Source: Zancudomyces culisetae HAW-14-8 (Eukaryota; Fungi; Kickxellomycota). From it: 64,000 nucleotides of DNA. Location of the stretch: assembly GCA_052426225.1 (NCBI GenBank), contig JBNJNM010000011.1, positions 1,860,001 to 1,924,000 on the forward strand, written 5' to 3'. Positions 49,380 to 62,478 of this stretch are shown in pieces. Below the pieces are notes generated by a model that made no database searches, had not been told where the DNA came from, and saw nothing but the letters and a program-made list of their open reading frames with translations. The position numbers were made by a program, and so were the translations under genes. The stretch's first letter is position 1; every line of letters starts with the position of its first letter.

Positions 49380-50120
49380 ATGGAGATAGCAATAGAACAA
49401 TCCTCAACAAACACTGCAGCCAAGTTCATGGAAGCACACCCATACTATCCTGTTGACGCCCATATACCAAATTATAGGGGACCGGTGGCAAGCAAACCTA
49501 CGATCTTTCTGTTAGTTTCGGCAATTGCGTGTGGGGCTATTTTTATTAGTGAATATTTTATATTACGAGCCAACAGACAAGGTAGAAAGGTTGAAAAGGT
49601 AGATGGAAAAACAGGTATAACAAGGGGTGCTAAAATAAATGGAATAAAGAGATTTGGTGCAAATTGGTTTGCCTTATGTGCAGCATTCCATTTACTAATT
49701 GAGGGTTATTTTGTTCTAAACAACAAACGGTTAGGAGAAAGTACGTTCATCTTTGCGGATATTTTTAAGGAATACGGATTTGCTGACAGTAGATATCTTT
49801 TAAGTGACATGTTTATGGTTGTAGTGGAGGGATTTACGAGCTTTGTCGTGGGGCCACTGTGTTTGGCTACAGTGTATAGTATAATAATCGACTCACCAAT
49901 GCAGCACATTCTTCAACTGTTTTGTTCGGTGGTTCATATATATAGCCTCACGCTGTACACTTTTACAAATATACTTCAAGACAGCAAATATACACATCCA
50001 GATCCATTTTATTTTTGGGTGTATTTTCTTTTGTTTAACATACCATGGGGTATTGTTCCTGTTGTACTACTGTTCAACTCAATACGATTTATATCAAAGG
50101 CGTTGTATGCTCATAGCTAA
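49380..50120 (+). CDS. EBP: Emopamil-binding protein / sterol delta8-delta7 isomerase (EXPERA family)
   Basis: HPYYP, WFALCAAFHLLIEGYF, KEYGFADSRY, VEGFT..VGPL and YFWVYFLLFNIPWGIVP. Confidence 0.88.
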   Translation: MEIAIEQSSTNTAAKFMEAHPYYPVDAHIPNYRGPVASKPTIFLLVSAIACGAIFISEYFILRANRQGRKVEKVDGKTGITRGAKINGIKRFGANWFALCAAFHLLIEGYFVLNNKRLGESTFIFADIFKEYGFADSRYLLSDMFMVVVEGFTSFVVGPLCLATVYSIIIDSPMQHILQLFCSVVHIYSLTLYTFTNILQDSKYTHPDPFYFWVYFLLFNIPWGIVPVVLLFNSIRFISKALYAHS

Positions 50121-51106
50121 ACACTACCTTCTTTTTATCGATAATTTATTCGAGTATTACATAGTCCTGTGTTTTTGAGGCTGGTTGGTAGCTGTTATGA
50201 CTTTTATGTTACTTTCTTTATTGTATTTACCATCCACATACGCTATAAATAAACCAAAATTAACATGAGAAAACAGTGAAAAAAGAAATAATATGGCTAA
50301 ACTACTGATCATATGTATCGAAATACAAATATTGGACCAAACAAAAACCTACATGTAAGGAGTTGCTTTGGGTTCTTGAATGTAATCTTTATTAAGTTTC
50401 AAAAGCAACAGCAAAGGGAGGCTAAATAGTCAAAAATACACTCAAATAGGAAATGTAGGCTCCAGTTAGCACTGCTACTGAGTTGCTTGTCCATAGATAA
50501 AATATGCAGACAAACTCACTTTTATTTATTTATCTATTTTTTAATATTTTGACAAGGATCTCCTTTTGTTTACCCAACGCTTGTACATTTTGGGGGAGTA
50601 GACACAAATGACCGAAATACGGAGTTCAAAACAAAAAAAGGAAAAAAAAAAGAAGGCAACAAATGAACAAACAAACAAGAACAAGACAACAACAAAAAAA
50701 ATAAATCAAAACTGTACAAACAATTAAGGGTATAATTAATAAATGCCTAATTGAATTTTTCAAGAAATAGTCAATAATATCTATGTTCAAGTTCAAAAAA
50801 GCTGACTTACTTACCATATAGATTTATATTTGTGTTTAGCTGAATCATTATTTTATCCGAATTTGCAAATAGTGAATACACAGAAAGTGGGGGAACTAGT
50901 AGTCAGTATATCAGGCAAATATTCCATAGCGAAATAAGGAGAGAGAGAGAAGACCAACAGTTATAGTTGATCCAGGGATAAAAGCGTTTTGCAAATGCCA
51001 CAGAATACTACAAATCAAAAGCAGTAAAAAAAAGAATTAACGAGAGGCGAGATAAAATTGAGGTATTAAGAAACTGAATCCAAAGCAAAAATCATATACT
51101 TTAAGG

Positions 51107-52790
51107 ATGGAAAGCGAAATGGGACATAAATATTTAGATATAGAGAAAAATGCGACTGCAAGTGACATAATTGTTACACTATTGAGTTCTTGGGTAAGTA
51201 AAAGAGTGGATATAACGATACATAACTGATATGTGCAACGCAGGAATTGGTAATCAAATAAATGAATATATGTATGTATTTGTAGATTGCGTATTTTTGC
51301 TGGAGAGTTTCCAAGTATGCTAACAAGGTACGGGGTGGAGTTGAACCGGCTAATCGCGGTATCAGCAAGACAATGGATAAAAAGACACTATTCAGGACAT
51401 ATGCCAAAGATTTTGCACTGTTTATAATGCCATTATTTCTAGTATATACAACATTGGAGTTGGGATATGTGGTGAATGCAGGGCTGCTTGGATATGGATT
51501 AGGTAAATTCAATGAGGCTAAAAAAATAGAAGCCAAAAGGCGAACACTAGAACAAAATAAACAGGAAAGGTCGATAGTAGACAAGAAGAGGGATGGGGCA
51601 AAAAAGAGTGAGGGAAAGAAAGCGGGGAGGAAGGAAACGCTAATAAAATGCAGATATATTACAATGTACAGGGGAATAATGATGGTGATCACGTGCTTTG
51701 CGATATTGGGGATAGATTTTTCAATATATCCACGAAGGTTTGGAAAAACAGAGACATATGGAAACTCAGTGGTAAGTATATGTAGTTGGGTTATGAAAAT
51801 GTACATGCAATAGCTAGGAGAAAATATTTAATGAATACGTGTGGAAAAAAATAGATGGATGTAGGAGTGGGATGTTTTGTATTTGCGGCAGGGGTGGTGG
51901 GAGCTCGGAGGTATCTGAAGGAAAGGATTCTGGGAAAAAGGATAGGGATAGTGGAGCAAATGGTGGAGGGGTTTAAATCGTCGATGGAGCTAATAGTTCT
52001 GGGGCTACTACGGTTGTATTTTACAAAGAAAGTTGGGTATGATGTGAATGTAAAGGAGTATGGAGTGCACTGGAACTTTTTTTTCACGCTGGGAGCGTTG
52101 CCAATAATGGTGCCGATTATCCGAGGTGTACGGAAAATAGACTATCGGATTAGCATGGTAGTGATATTGGTAGGGTATCAAGTTATGTTGACTTGGTTTG
52201 GACTAGAGGAGTTTATACTGTATGGTGAGCGAGTAGATCTGATCTCAAAAAACAAGGAAGGAATATTTTCATCGATTGGGTATGTATGTGTGTATTTGGC
52301 GGGAATGGCACTAGGCGAACAGCTATTGTCGAGCAAAAGAGATGACGAGGCCAACAAGTTCAGGCGGATGATGGGCGGATGGGTGGTATTGTTTGTGGGG
52401 TACCGAGTGATAGATGGGATTGTTGGGCTGCGCATGTCACGACGAATGGCCAACATGGCGTATTGTGTGTGGACGATATTGTTTAATGTGGCAGGAATTT
52501 TGATATTAAAGTTTATTGATGAAATAACAACGATAGGAGAAGAAGTGGAAAGCGACAATGACAACGACGGGCCGTTGCTGATCGAAGCAATCAACTACAA
52601 CAGTTTGAGCGTGTTTTTGGTGGCAAATGTTTCGACAGGAATGGTGAATTTGGGCTTTCGGGAATTTATTCCACCATACAAGGCGCTACTTGCAAGCGAC
52701 TGGGTGGCGTACTTGGTGTTGTTTATTTATATGGTAGAAATATGTGCAGTCGCAATAGTGCTGAAATGCTTGAACCTAAAGATCCGATGA
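51107..52790 (+). CDS. GWT1: GPI inositol acyltransferase Gwt1/PIG-W, 3 exons (51107-51193, 51286-51771, 51855-52790); start tentative
   Basis: YRGIMMVITCFAILGIDFSIYPRRFGKTETYGNSV|MDVGVG, EYGVHWNFFFTL, NKEGIFS, SRRMANMAY and FLVANVSTGMVN. Confidence 0.92.
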
Positions 52791-52800
52791 CTAAAGCCAC

Positions 52801-54372
52801 TTAGCCGAAGGGCGAGAAGCTGGCGTACGAACGGACTTTGGGATGGTCGACGGCCTCAAATGTTACGTATTTAAAGTCTAGCTGGTGGTCGATGCGGATA
52901 AATGCACCCAGATTTCCCATTTGGTCGCAGTAGTTTGGTGCGCTGAACACTGTGATGCACCGGCCATCGTGTTCGATTTCGTACCCGCCTTGCTTCTGTT
53001 CGTGGCTGCGAATCACACACTTCAGGTCGTTTGCATCACAGAATCGCTTGGTGACGTCTGGCCCAAACTGGATCGCTACGCCACGGCGGTTGGGTGAGCG
53101 ACCAGTGGTGGCCTGGGGGTCTGACCACAGCGATTCGGCCAACAGTCCTGAATCTCCTGGCTGTCGAAACCGGTTGATTTTGCGAATGTCCTGCAATAGT
53201 ACTGTGTCGCTCTCTGTAGTGTTGTTTTGTTCACTGTACAGTCCACCGTGTACAACAAACACTTTGTTCTGGATGATGTGTGCAATGGGCAAACAGTTAA
53301 ATGTTTCTTGGAACACTGTAAATATCTTTTTGCCGTGGCTTGCTCCGTATTTTGCCATAATCTCGCCCTCAAATCCGTATATTCGGTTAAGTCCTTCGGC
53401 TTCGTGATTGCCACGATTCAGGAAAAAGCTGGTTGGCAGTAGCAGCTTGTAACTGAGCAGAAGAAGCACTGTTTCCAGCGAAAATGACCCGCGATCTACA
53501 AAGTCTCCGTTAAACAGGTACTTGTTTGTTGTCGATGGCAGCCCTCCCTTGCTGAAAATGTTAAGCACATCGTAGTATTGCCCGTGTACATCTCCACACA
53601 CCACTGCTGTCTCGTCTTCTTTCAGTGTTATGTCTACCAAGCTATCGTACTGCTTCAACAGTTTTCGCACCTGTAGGAGAATTGCGTATACGTATTTTAC
53701 TGGCAGTTTTTTCTGCTTCTCAAACCAGCTTTTCAACCCCTCAATAAACTCCAAATCCACATACTCCTTTATTTCTGCCTCGTCGCTATCTGTGCGTTCT
53801 TTCATTCGTGGCCCTTCATAATCGTCATCAACCCGATAGTCAGCAACATTAATCTTTTCGCTAACTAGCGCAGTTTCTGAGCTTTCTATTGCCTTTTCAA
53901 ACATCTTGACTTTGTACAATTTTTCTATTTGTGCCTGTTTGGCTTTTACTGCCAGATCCTTTGGATTCAGCTTAACTACAATTTTATAGTCCCTTCTTGC
54001 TTTTTCCAGATTATCCATCGCCGTGTATGCACAGGCTCTTCGGTAGTACGCTTTTACATACGCTGGATTTATTTCGACTGCTTTATCTGCATCCCTATGG
54101 ATTATTTACATTTTTCAGTATATTTTGTGTTTTTGTGAATAGTATTCATAACGTATGTTTAATAAACTAGAGGATTACATTATTGCTGCTCCATAGAGCT
54201 CCATGTTGATATAGCACAATGCTCTATTGCAATAGTAAATGCTGTCGCTTCCATCAAGCTCAATGGCTTGCGAGTACTTTTCCATTGCCTCCTTATACTT
54301 TTTTTCTTTTACCAATGAGTTTGCTTGAGCCTTCAACTCTTCAGCCTGCTTTTTACTAGTGTTTTCTGTCAT
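52801..54372 (-). CDS. PPT1: Ser/Thr protein phosphatase 5 (TPR + PPP catalytic domain), 2 exons (54372-54179, 54094-52801)
   Basis: N-terminal TPRs, then GDVHGQ, GDFVDRG, RGNHE, LWSDP, IRSHE and FSAPNYCD. Confidence 0.95.
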
Positions 54373-55399
54373 TTTACCTTGCTTTTTTTTATATTTACTT
54401 TTGACCTGGTTTATTTTTTCAGTATAAATGTTTCCAGTGTTATAAAAAGTATGTTTATAACGTTTTCACTTAATTTGCAATTCTTTATGGCTATTATTTT
54501 TTGCGTTTTTTTTTTAATCCTTTTTTTTTTTTTTTGTTATAATTTTGATGAATTTTCTTTTTTTACATGTTGTACACGAAAGACTGAAAATATTTCAGGC
54601 CTATGCATTTCAATGATTTACCTCCACCACCTCACTCCACAAATGTCTCCCACTCCCATCCGCTTTTTTCCCCCTTTTTCTTTCCCCTTTTATTCCCAAT
54701 AGTTATTCTTTTTGAAAGTAAAATAAAATAAAAATAAAAGTTACAAAATAAAAAATTTTTTTTTTACAGCAAATAAATGTAACCAGAATTTTGAGTGATG
54801 ATGGTTGAAGCGTTATATATTTTTGATGGAATGGTGATTATTGAGTACAGTTGCTGATTTCATCAGGAATAGAATACAAGCTATGCTTTATTAGTTTGCT
54901 TACCAACTACAAACACAACCACAGCAATTTAGCTACACCATACTTAGCAGAATACTACCTTGGCTGATCTTGCTTTATTTAAAAGACATTCTTTCGGTTT
55001 GTATTTTCACCAACACGTTCAAGATGCGTTTGTTTAAAGCACACGATCTACTTGCACCAGCATACTGTTTTGTAACTAATGTTCTGTCATCAGCTACCAC
55101 CTACCTTCCACATCACTATAACCGAGAATTACTAGCTTGTTGACTTACTGGCTATTTACGTATAGAAAATGTTGGATGGGCTGATCCCATGTAGGCTAGC
55201 TTGCAAGTCCATCAACACTCAAAGGACCGGATCATCCATGTTTCCTTTTTTCGATCCAGAAATTCATGCATTGTATTCATATCACACCGTGTTTTTTATT
55301 ATGAACGTTTCGAAAAAAGGATGCAAAAAGAAACGAAAACTAGATCAAAAAAACAAACTCATGAACACAGAAAAAGGGGGACGAGAACTAGGCTACAAC

Positions 55400-56611
55400 T
55401 TACAACTTCTTGATGGTTCCTACACTAAGCTGTGACAACAGGTTGTGGGCAGCTCTGTGATGCTTATAAACACCGCCGTTAAAGGCCTCGGTCATGTCCT
55501 TTCCAACGCCTCCTTGGACAAATGCAACACCTCCTGGATGATGTTGAATAAAGTTCTCAACATCATAAATGACACCACCGATGACCATCCACTTCTTGTT
55601 AAGCTTTCTGACGTTTACCATAAATTCCTCTTCAGTGTAAACTGGCAATTTTTCCAAAGGAACACCATAGCTTACTTGTTCTTGCAACTTGCGGATCTCC
55701 TTGAGACGCATTTCTACGTACCCCTTTTCGATTTCGTTGGATGGGAATGTGTACAATTCACTTGCCAAGCCGAGCACGCTGCATGCACGAATAAACCACT
55801 TGGTAGGATCATATTGGTAGAATCTGATGGCGTTACGGTAATCTTTAGGGAACTCGTGGTGGAAGTTGTGGTATCCTTCACCAAGTGTGACAACAGCAGT
55901 TACTACGGAGTCCTTTGCAGTTTGTGAGTCATCGTATGTTGAGCGACCGAGTGTGTGTGCCAATGAGTTTACACAGAACGTAGCATGGTGTAAAACAACC
56001 ATTCTGGTGATTCCAGCAAAGAAGTATCCTCCTCGGTAGTCTCCCCAAAGCAATCCACACACCAATGTTGGTACAACTACTGCCATAAGCAATGCAAGTG
56101 CTGGGTAGTACTTGTGTTGGAATCTGATTACTGGGTTGGCCTTGAGATCGGTTGTGTCAGCGTATCCCAATGCTCTGCGGTCCTTTCTGACAAGCATCCA
56201 TCCCATGTGACTGTGGTAGAATCCTTCCAATGCGTTGTAGGGATCTCTGGGTGTGTCTGTATATCTGTGATGTACACGGTGATCTCTTGACCACCAGAAA
56301 ATTGATCCCTGGACGGCTGCGCATCCTGCGAAAGCCAAGAATATTTCCAAACCACGTGTTGCTTTGTATGACACGTGTGACCATAGTCGATGGTATCCAG
56401 CTGTAATTCCCAATCCGGAAAAGATATAGTAAAGGATTGTAAAGAAAAATGTGTATGGGTGTACTTTGGTTGTCATTATGCCGTAGAGTGATATTAGTGG
56501 CGTGGTGGATAGAAGAATCACGTGAACCCAATGGATCTTCTTAAAAAGTGGTCTATCATCAACCACGTATTCTGGTTTTTTGTATGATGGTCTCTCGATT
56601 ATTGAAGGCAT
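55400..56611 (-). CDS. OLE1: Delta-9 fatty acyl-CoA desaturase with C-terminal cytochrome b5 domain
   Basis: His boxes HRLWSH, HRVHH and HNFHH, YDPTKW, and the b5 motif HPGG. First ATG at 56611. Confidence 0.95.
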   Translation of the reverse strand: MPSIIERPSYKKPEYVVDDRPLFKKIHWVHVILLSTTPLISLYGIMTTKVHPYTFFFTILYYIFSGLGITAGYHRLWSHVSYKATRGLEIFLAFAGCAAVQGSIFWWSRDHRVHHRYTDTPRDPYNALEGFYHSHMGWMLVRKDRRALGYADTTDLKANPVIRFQHKYYPALALLMAVVVPTLVCGLLWGDYRGGYFFAGITRMVVLHHATFCVNSLAHTLGRSTYDDSQTAKDSVVTAVVTLGEGYHNFHHEFPKDYRNAIRFYQYDPTKWFIRACSVLGLASELYTFPSNEIEKGYVEMRLKEIRKLQEQVSYGVPLEKLPVYTEEEFMVNVRKLNKKWMVIGGVIYDVENFIQHHPGGVAFVQGGVGKDMTEAFNGGVYKHHRAAHNLLSQLSVGTIKKL

Positions 56612-59513
56612 GTTTTCTGTTCCTATACACAAAATTATAGAGTAAATACGTTGTTATTTGAGAAACATGAATCAATAGCCAAATGAAAATATGCTCTTCA
56701 GAAGGGCGATAGAGCGTTCTCTAACCATATATTGCATCTTAGGTACACGTGACTGCTCAGATACAATAAATGTTAGTTACCAAAGATGTTTTATGCCTAT
56801 ATTTACGCCTCTGCACAACTCATTTATTGCTTACCTCTTTTTTATATGTTTTTGTAGTAAGTTTTTCGTGGTTATTAACTAAAACTCTAACTCCTAGAAA
56901 TGGAAACCAAGACTTTTTGTGTTGCTTGGTAACAAAATAAAAGTTGTTTTTGGTTTTAATCAAATAAAAAAAAAAGTTCTTTTCGAAACCCTTTTATAAA
57001 ATGCACATATATATATAAATATATAGCTACACTTGTATTCGTGATCAAGAGTGACTTTGGTATGCTTGCCTGCAATTATATTTGTATATATATGTACATT
57101 AAATATAATTGAAAAATAAAAGCTGCAGTAGTTGTTACTAAGGAAAGCAAAGCAGGAAAATGGGAAATCCGAGCCTTTTTATTCCAAAACCACACAAAAA
57201 ATTGAACCTATAGAGGGGGGTGTGATGTGGAAATTACTTACAACTAGTTTGACTCAATTCCTATGTTCTTGCAAAAAAATAAAATAGGAAAAAATTTCCA
57301 AAAGCCCAAAGCCACGCCAGTAAATCTCGTAAAAAAATAAATGGGATTGTTGCTTCATCAGGAATGGCCGCAAAACAGAGATTTCTTTTCTTGTGTTAGG
57401 AAAAAATAAATGTTGCACGATTCTTTTAGCCCACCTACGGTATCTCGGTCTGAAAAAAAAATAAAAGAATGAAAATGGCAATTTCTGGGGGGTGGTCTTG
57501 GTAATTACAAAATTAAGTTATTGTGATATCAGATGCAATTGGGGGTAATATTTCCTTATCCACTGCTTATCAATGGTTAGTAATTTTATCATCATTGTAG
57601 AAAAAAATAAATCCAATTAGCCCAAACTGACCAATTTGGGTTTTATTGTTTGATAAATTTGTGTTACAAATTTTTTTTTGTAAAATTTGATTTTCGCACT
57701 TCGCAAGTACCGAGATGTTATGTAATTTCAAGCTATGATGCATCAAACCTGCTGAATCTTGTAAGGTTTTATCTTTTTGCTGTTGCTTTATAAACCATGT
57801 TGCCACTTTCAAGAAAATAGAATTATTTCAACAATGATTATTTGACATATCGATTACTAAAACATTTGATAAAAGCAAAAATCAAGCGTAATCAGTAAGG
57901 GAAAAAAAAACTTTGCATCGAAAAAAAGATTCCCTTGCATAGAATTACCTGCACATGATTGGCTACCTGTACATAAAGGAGAAAATGGAAAATAGATTAG
58001 TTTACTCCCCCATACTAAACGCACAGAACATGTGCAGCAAATGTCGCACTTGGGGTTCAAACCCTGAGGATATTTAGCAACTGTAGGTTTCAAAAAGACA
58101 CAATGTAAGAACCAAATAGGGTGGCTGAATGGACTTGTTTGCAAAAACAAAAAAAGAGTTTGGCAGCTTTTGCCTAAATGCGGGTTTTTACCTTATGTTG
58201 ATTCTGCAAGCGCATAGATGACAGCGGCTTTTTGCACGAGTACAATATCCACACTATTCGCAAAAAAATAAAATGCAATGTATCTTTTTATTGGCTCTTG
58301 GACAATTCTTCGGAATGGAAAATGCGGTAACTCCACTGTTCATTCTTGAATTTGCCGGCAGCAATTTTTTCAGGTAAAAGGTACTCGTGTAATTAGGAAA
58401 TCTGGTAGCATTGAGTTGCAGTTGACACAAAAATCTGGAGATTTTATTTAATATTTTTTTGCTTTTTTTAGTGAAAATGGTGTACCATCATGATACCAAT
58501 TATCTTTTTTAATTTCTTTCCACTAAAAGGAAGAATGGCATGACCACAATCTTGGTTCACTTTGTACTTCATTTACTTTGTTCTTGTATGGAGAACCAAA
58601 CTGGAATAACCAAGATTGTAAAAATGAAAAGATAACAACTGCATTCATTTTTATCAAGTCAGTCTTTGTGTCTTGTGCTGATACTTCACTCGAGTACCAA
58701 CTTGCACTTGTGAGTGTCAGTACAGATATGGTATCTAAGTGAATCCATAACTTGTGGTTTAGCCTTCCCATCCAATAAAAAAGAATTAGAGTTGTTGGGC
58801 TTAAGAGTTCGGAAAATGCTGAGATGGTAAAAAATCAGGTGACTTTATCAAAGTGGGTATTGTGTCTTGTTATGTGAGAACAATCAACGAAACTCGTTTG
58901 AAGGGTTAGTTTTGGAGCTGGATAGCTTGGTTGAAGAGCCAAGTTATGATTGTGTACTTTTTTTGTTTCTTATTCTTGTTTCTTTGGGTTTGGGTTTAGC
59001 AGTATTTCTAGCAATTCACTGCTCTGCAAATTCACAATGCTTGTTTCTCTAAAAGGGGAGCAGTGTATCCAAGAAGCAAGAATATATTTTGTGTAAGGTA
59101 TAACTACTGTTTAGATCGCCAGTTACGAGTTACCGCTTTTTTTCGATCGCAAATCGGTACTTATTGGATCACGATTGGAAAAGAACGAATGCTAGCATGT
59201 TTTTTACTTGCCCACATAACCAACTCAGTACCAGAAAAATGCCATTAAAAATAGCTAAATCGGCATGTCAGATTTTGCAAACAGTGGGATTAATATATTC
59301 TGTTATCAATTATTGGCGCCACTAAACACTCGGAGTAAAATAATTGTAAATGGCAAATGGAGGCATAGTGATTTGAGGATAGATGATTAATTAAAGAAAA
59401 TAAATGGACGAGAAAATATTTGCTGCTATTTTTTTTTTTGATATTTTTTTTTATAGATGAAATCTTTTTGGATATTACATAAATTAGATTATCAAGTAAA
59501 AAAAAAGCAAAGA

Positions 59514-62192
59514 CTAATGGAAAATTTTAGGTACTAGCGGCAGATAATTCCCAAACAAATCCTGCTCATGGGTATTTTGGTTCAGTAGTGCTTGTTCCAA
59601 CTTCAAGGCCACATCCAGGACTGAATCATCGTTGCCAAACTGAGAAATCAACTGCAAACCGATAGGAAATCCATCTGTTTTGGATATTCCAACAGGGATT
59701 GAAATCGATGGTAAACCTAAAGATGGAAAATAAACAAATCGAGTTGATTTTCATTTGAAAGCCCTATACACTTCAAGTAGAAACAAACACTCACAAATAG
59801 TGACATAGATGTGATAAATGTGATAAATGTACTGATATGGAAGATAAATAATAACAAAGACACATACCTGCAAGTGAGCTTGGAACAGTCATGACATCGT
59901 TAACGTATGAATGAAGAATATAATCAGATGATGCGCTTTTGTTTTCGTGGTCGCCTGCCGAAAAGGCGGAAAGTGGTGGAGCAGTTGAACAGCCTGTAGG
60001 AACAAGAAGCAAGTCCACAGCACTTTCTGTTGGATTTTTACATCGAAGAGTACTGTAGTCAGGCGAATTCAAAATATTTGGGAAATTGAAAACATTATCG
60101 AAATCCTGCTGGATCATCCTCCGCATTTTACTTGCTTGCAGATAATATTCGTTATATGATCTATGTATATTTACACGTATATGCAATGTTGCCACATCAT
60201 GCTCTGTAACCTGGGTGACATATATATAAATATAAGTGTGTTTATGCTCTTGACTAAAAGAAAGGCTTACCCAACTGATAAGACAAAGGTTCCCAACATA
60301 ATCCGCCTTTGAACTTCTGGACCTAGACCCATTGCCCTAGTATACGCGTATTTGTTCATAAAACTTCTTCCAGCAGCGTACGACGAACTACTGGTACTAC
60401 TGGTACCACTAGCCTCATCGGGAATTTCGTCTGTGTGTTTGTATCCATATCTTATTCCATCGTACCTGGCCAGGTTTGACGATGCCTCGGCAGGTGCGAT
60501 CGTATAATAGGTAGATAGCGCATATTTGGTATGAGGGAGACTGACTTTTACCACTTCTGCACCCATCTGCTCTAGTATTTTGCTGGTGTGTTTCCATGCC
60601 TGTACTACTGACTCGCTCAATTCTTTGATATAGTACTCCTATAAAAATGTACACCACACCAATTTGTGTTGCTAGATAAATTCTCTAGATAAATGAAAAA
60701 ACAGTGTCAACTTACCTGTGGAATTCCAACTCTGATTCCCTTCAGGTTAGGTTTTTCATGATCAGAGGCTACACTATTTGAGCCTTTCGTGGAATTGTAA
60801 AGCCTTTCCAAAGCACTCCTTGCTTTTTCGGGTAAACAGCTCATATCCTTGCTATCATACTTTGCCATGGTTTCTATTACATTCAACAACAGGTTTTTTC
60901 AGTACCATATATAACACATCTCATCACAGTTGGGTTTGATGTATTCAACTTACTATATACCGCTTTTGTTGTTGACACACTTTCGCCTAGAATTCCTACT
61001 GTATCTAATGAACTAGCATACTCAACAAGCCCATATCTACTGCATTGACCATACGATGGCTTGAAACCAACGACACCACACCACGATGCTGGTAACCTAA
61101 CAGATCCACCTGTATCTGACCCTAGCGCACTTTATGTACATGATTACGTTTGTATGGTGATGTATTTGTTTTGTGGAGGAAGGAAAAAAAAAAGAAAAGG
61201 ATAGGAAAAGACAGAGTTCAGTAAATTGTTATTGAAAAGATACAACATTGGGTTTACTTACGCATTACATAATCCAGCTCCAACAACTACAGCACTACCA
61301 CCAGAGCTTCCTCCACTACACCTATCTTCCTCTAAGTTTACAGAATTTTGAGTTTCATTACTTGTTATTTCGCCAACATCAACATGCTTTTTGAGCTTAT
61401 TCACAGCTTCAAGCCCATCATTGGTTTTCAAGAAATGTTTTGTCGGACCGTAGGCTGAAAACGTTGTGCTGGAACCCATTCCAAACTCGTCAAGATTAGT
61501 TTTGCCTAAAATCAAGGCTCCCGAGTTCTCTAGTAGATCGACTACAGTCGCACTTATTGGTGAATCGTATCCTAAACACAATGTAAATATATAGTAAATA
61601 TGGTAAATATAGTAAATATAGTAAAAAGTAGAACGTAGAACGTAAAGATATAAAGCTGATACTAGATAGCCTTATACATATGTACCAGTAAAGCAAATAT
61701 CGAATGGTTACCAAAGAGTGCCTTTGAGCCACATGTTGTGGGTTCCCCCTTGGTAGAGTAGTTTCCTTTGACAAACAATGTCTTTCCTTCAACACTTTCT
61801 GACTGTTTTCTTTGCAAGCTTCGTGTGTCGTTCTCACTCTTTGTGTCTATCTGTTTTAAAAAGCTTGCATAGTCTTGTACAACCTGCTCTTTTTCTCGAA
61901 GATCGATAATAGAGTTGTAGCTGGCCTTTGGATCTTCAAGTTTTGTATATATTCTATCCAGAGTTTTAATGATACTGGAAATTCGATCGTTATTGGCTGA
62001 TTCGCTGCATTTTGTACTAGAATGGCGTTTGATAACTGATTGGAGATTTGCGGATTGGGCGTTATCTTGGGATTTTGTCGTATGTTGAATTCTTTCATGT
62101 AATTTGGTTGTGATCCCTGTAGAAAAAAAAAGAGACCTTGTTGACCGCTCTAGTACTTTTATGGTAGTACGTTTGGATTTTGGAATTATCAT
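59514..62192 (-). CDS. HER2: Mitochondrial Glu-tRNA(Gln) amidotransferase subunit A, 7 exons (62192-61712, 61571-61262, 61129-60954, 60873-60716, 60638-60271, 60160-59868, 59716-59514)
   Basis: Amidase signature [20 protein letters not shown] and [14 protein letters not shown]. GatA motifs [29 protein letters not shown] and [13 protein letters not shown]. Basic, presequence-like N-terminus. Confidence 0.92.
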
Positions 62193-62478
62193 GTTAACAA
62201 GTATAGTTTTAGGTGTTGTAAAACCTTGAAACCTATTATCCTCATATCAAATGTTAAATTGCTTTGTATTTTTGATTTGAAATTGTTTGATTATCTTTTT
62301 ATTTACTTCTGATTTGGCTCAATTTCATTTATCGATTTTTGATTGGAATTGAGTTGGCAAATATAAAGAGATGTAATGATTACTTTTAAACATCAAGGCT
62401 AAAAAAGACAAAAAAAAGACAAACAAGCTAGGTATCAAACTAAAATTACAACTATGAGGATTAGAATAAAAGGTAGAT

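Noticed and set aside
54804-54823. TGAAGCGTTATATATTTTT resembles the U6 snRNA 3' end and lies between a C-box-like GTGATGA and a CTGA
   Set aside because: There is no ACAGAGA box or U6 5' stem upstream, and no recognisable rRNA-antisense guide for a C/D snoRNA. It would need an Rfam scan.
47231-56611. Apparent lipid/ER membrane gene cluster (PXMP4, VMA21, EBP, GWT1, OLE1)
   Set aside because: These are unrelated housekeeping pathways interspersed with PPT1, and no shared regulatory motif was seen.
58523-59248. Short ORFs upstream of OLE1
   Set aside because: No motifs and multiple stops in the coding-like frames, so neither a gene nor a pseudogene can be supported.
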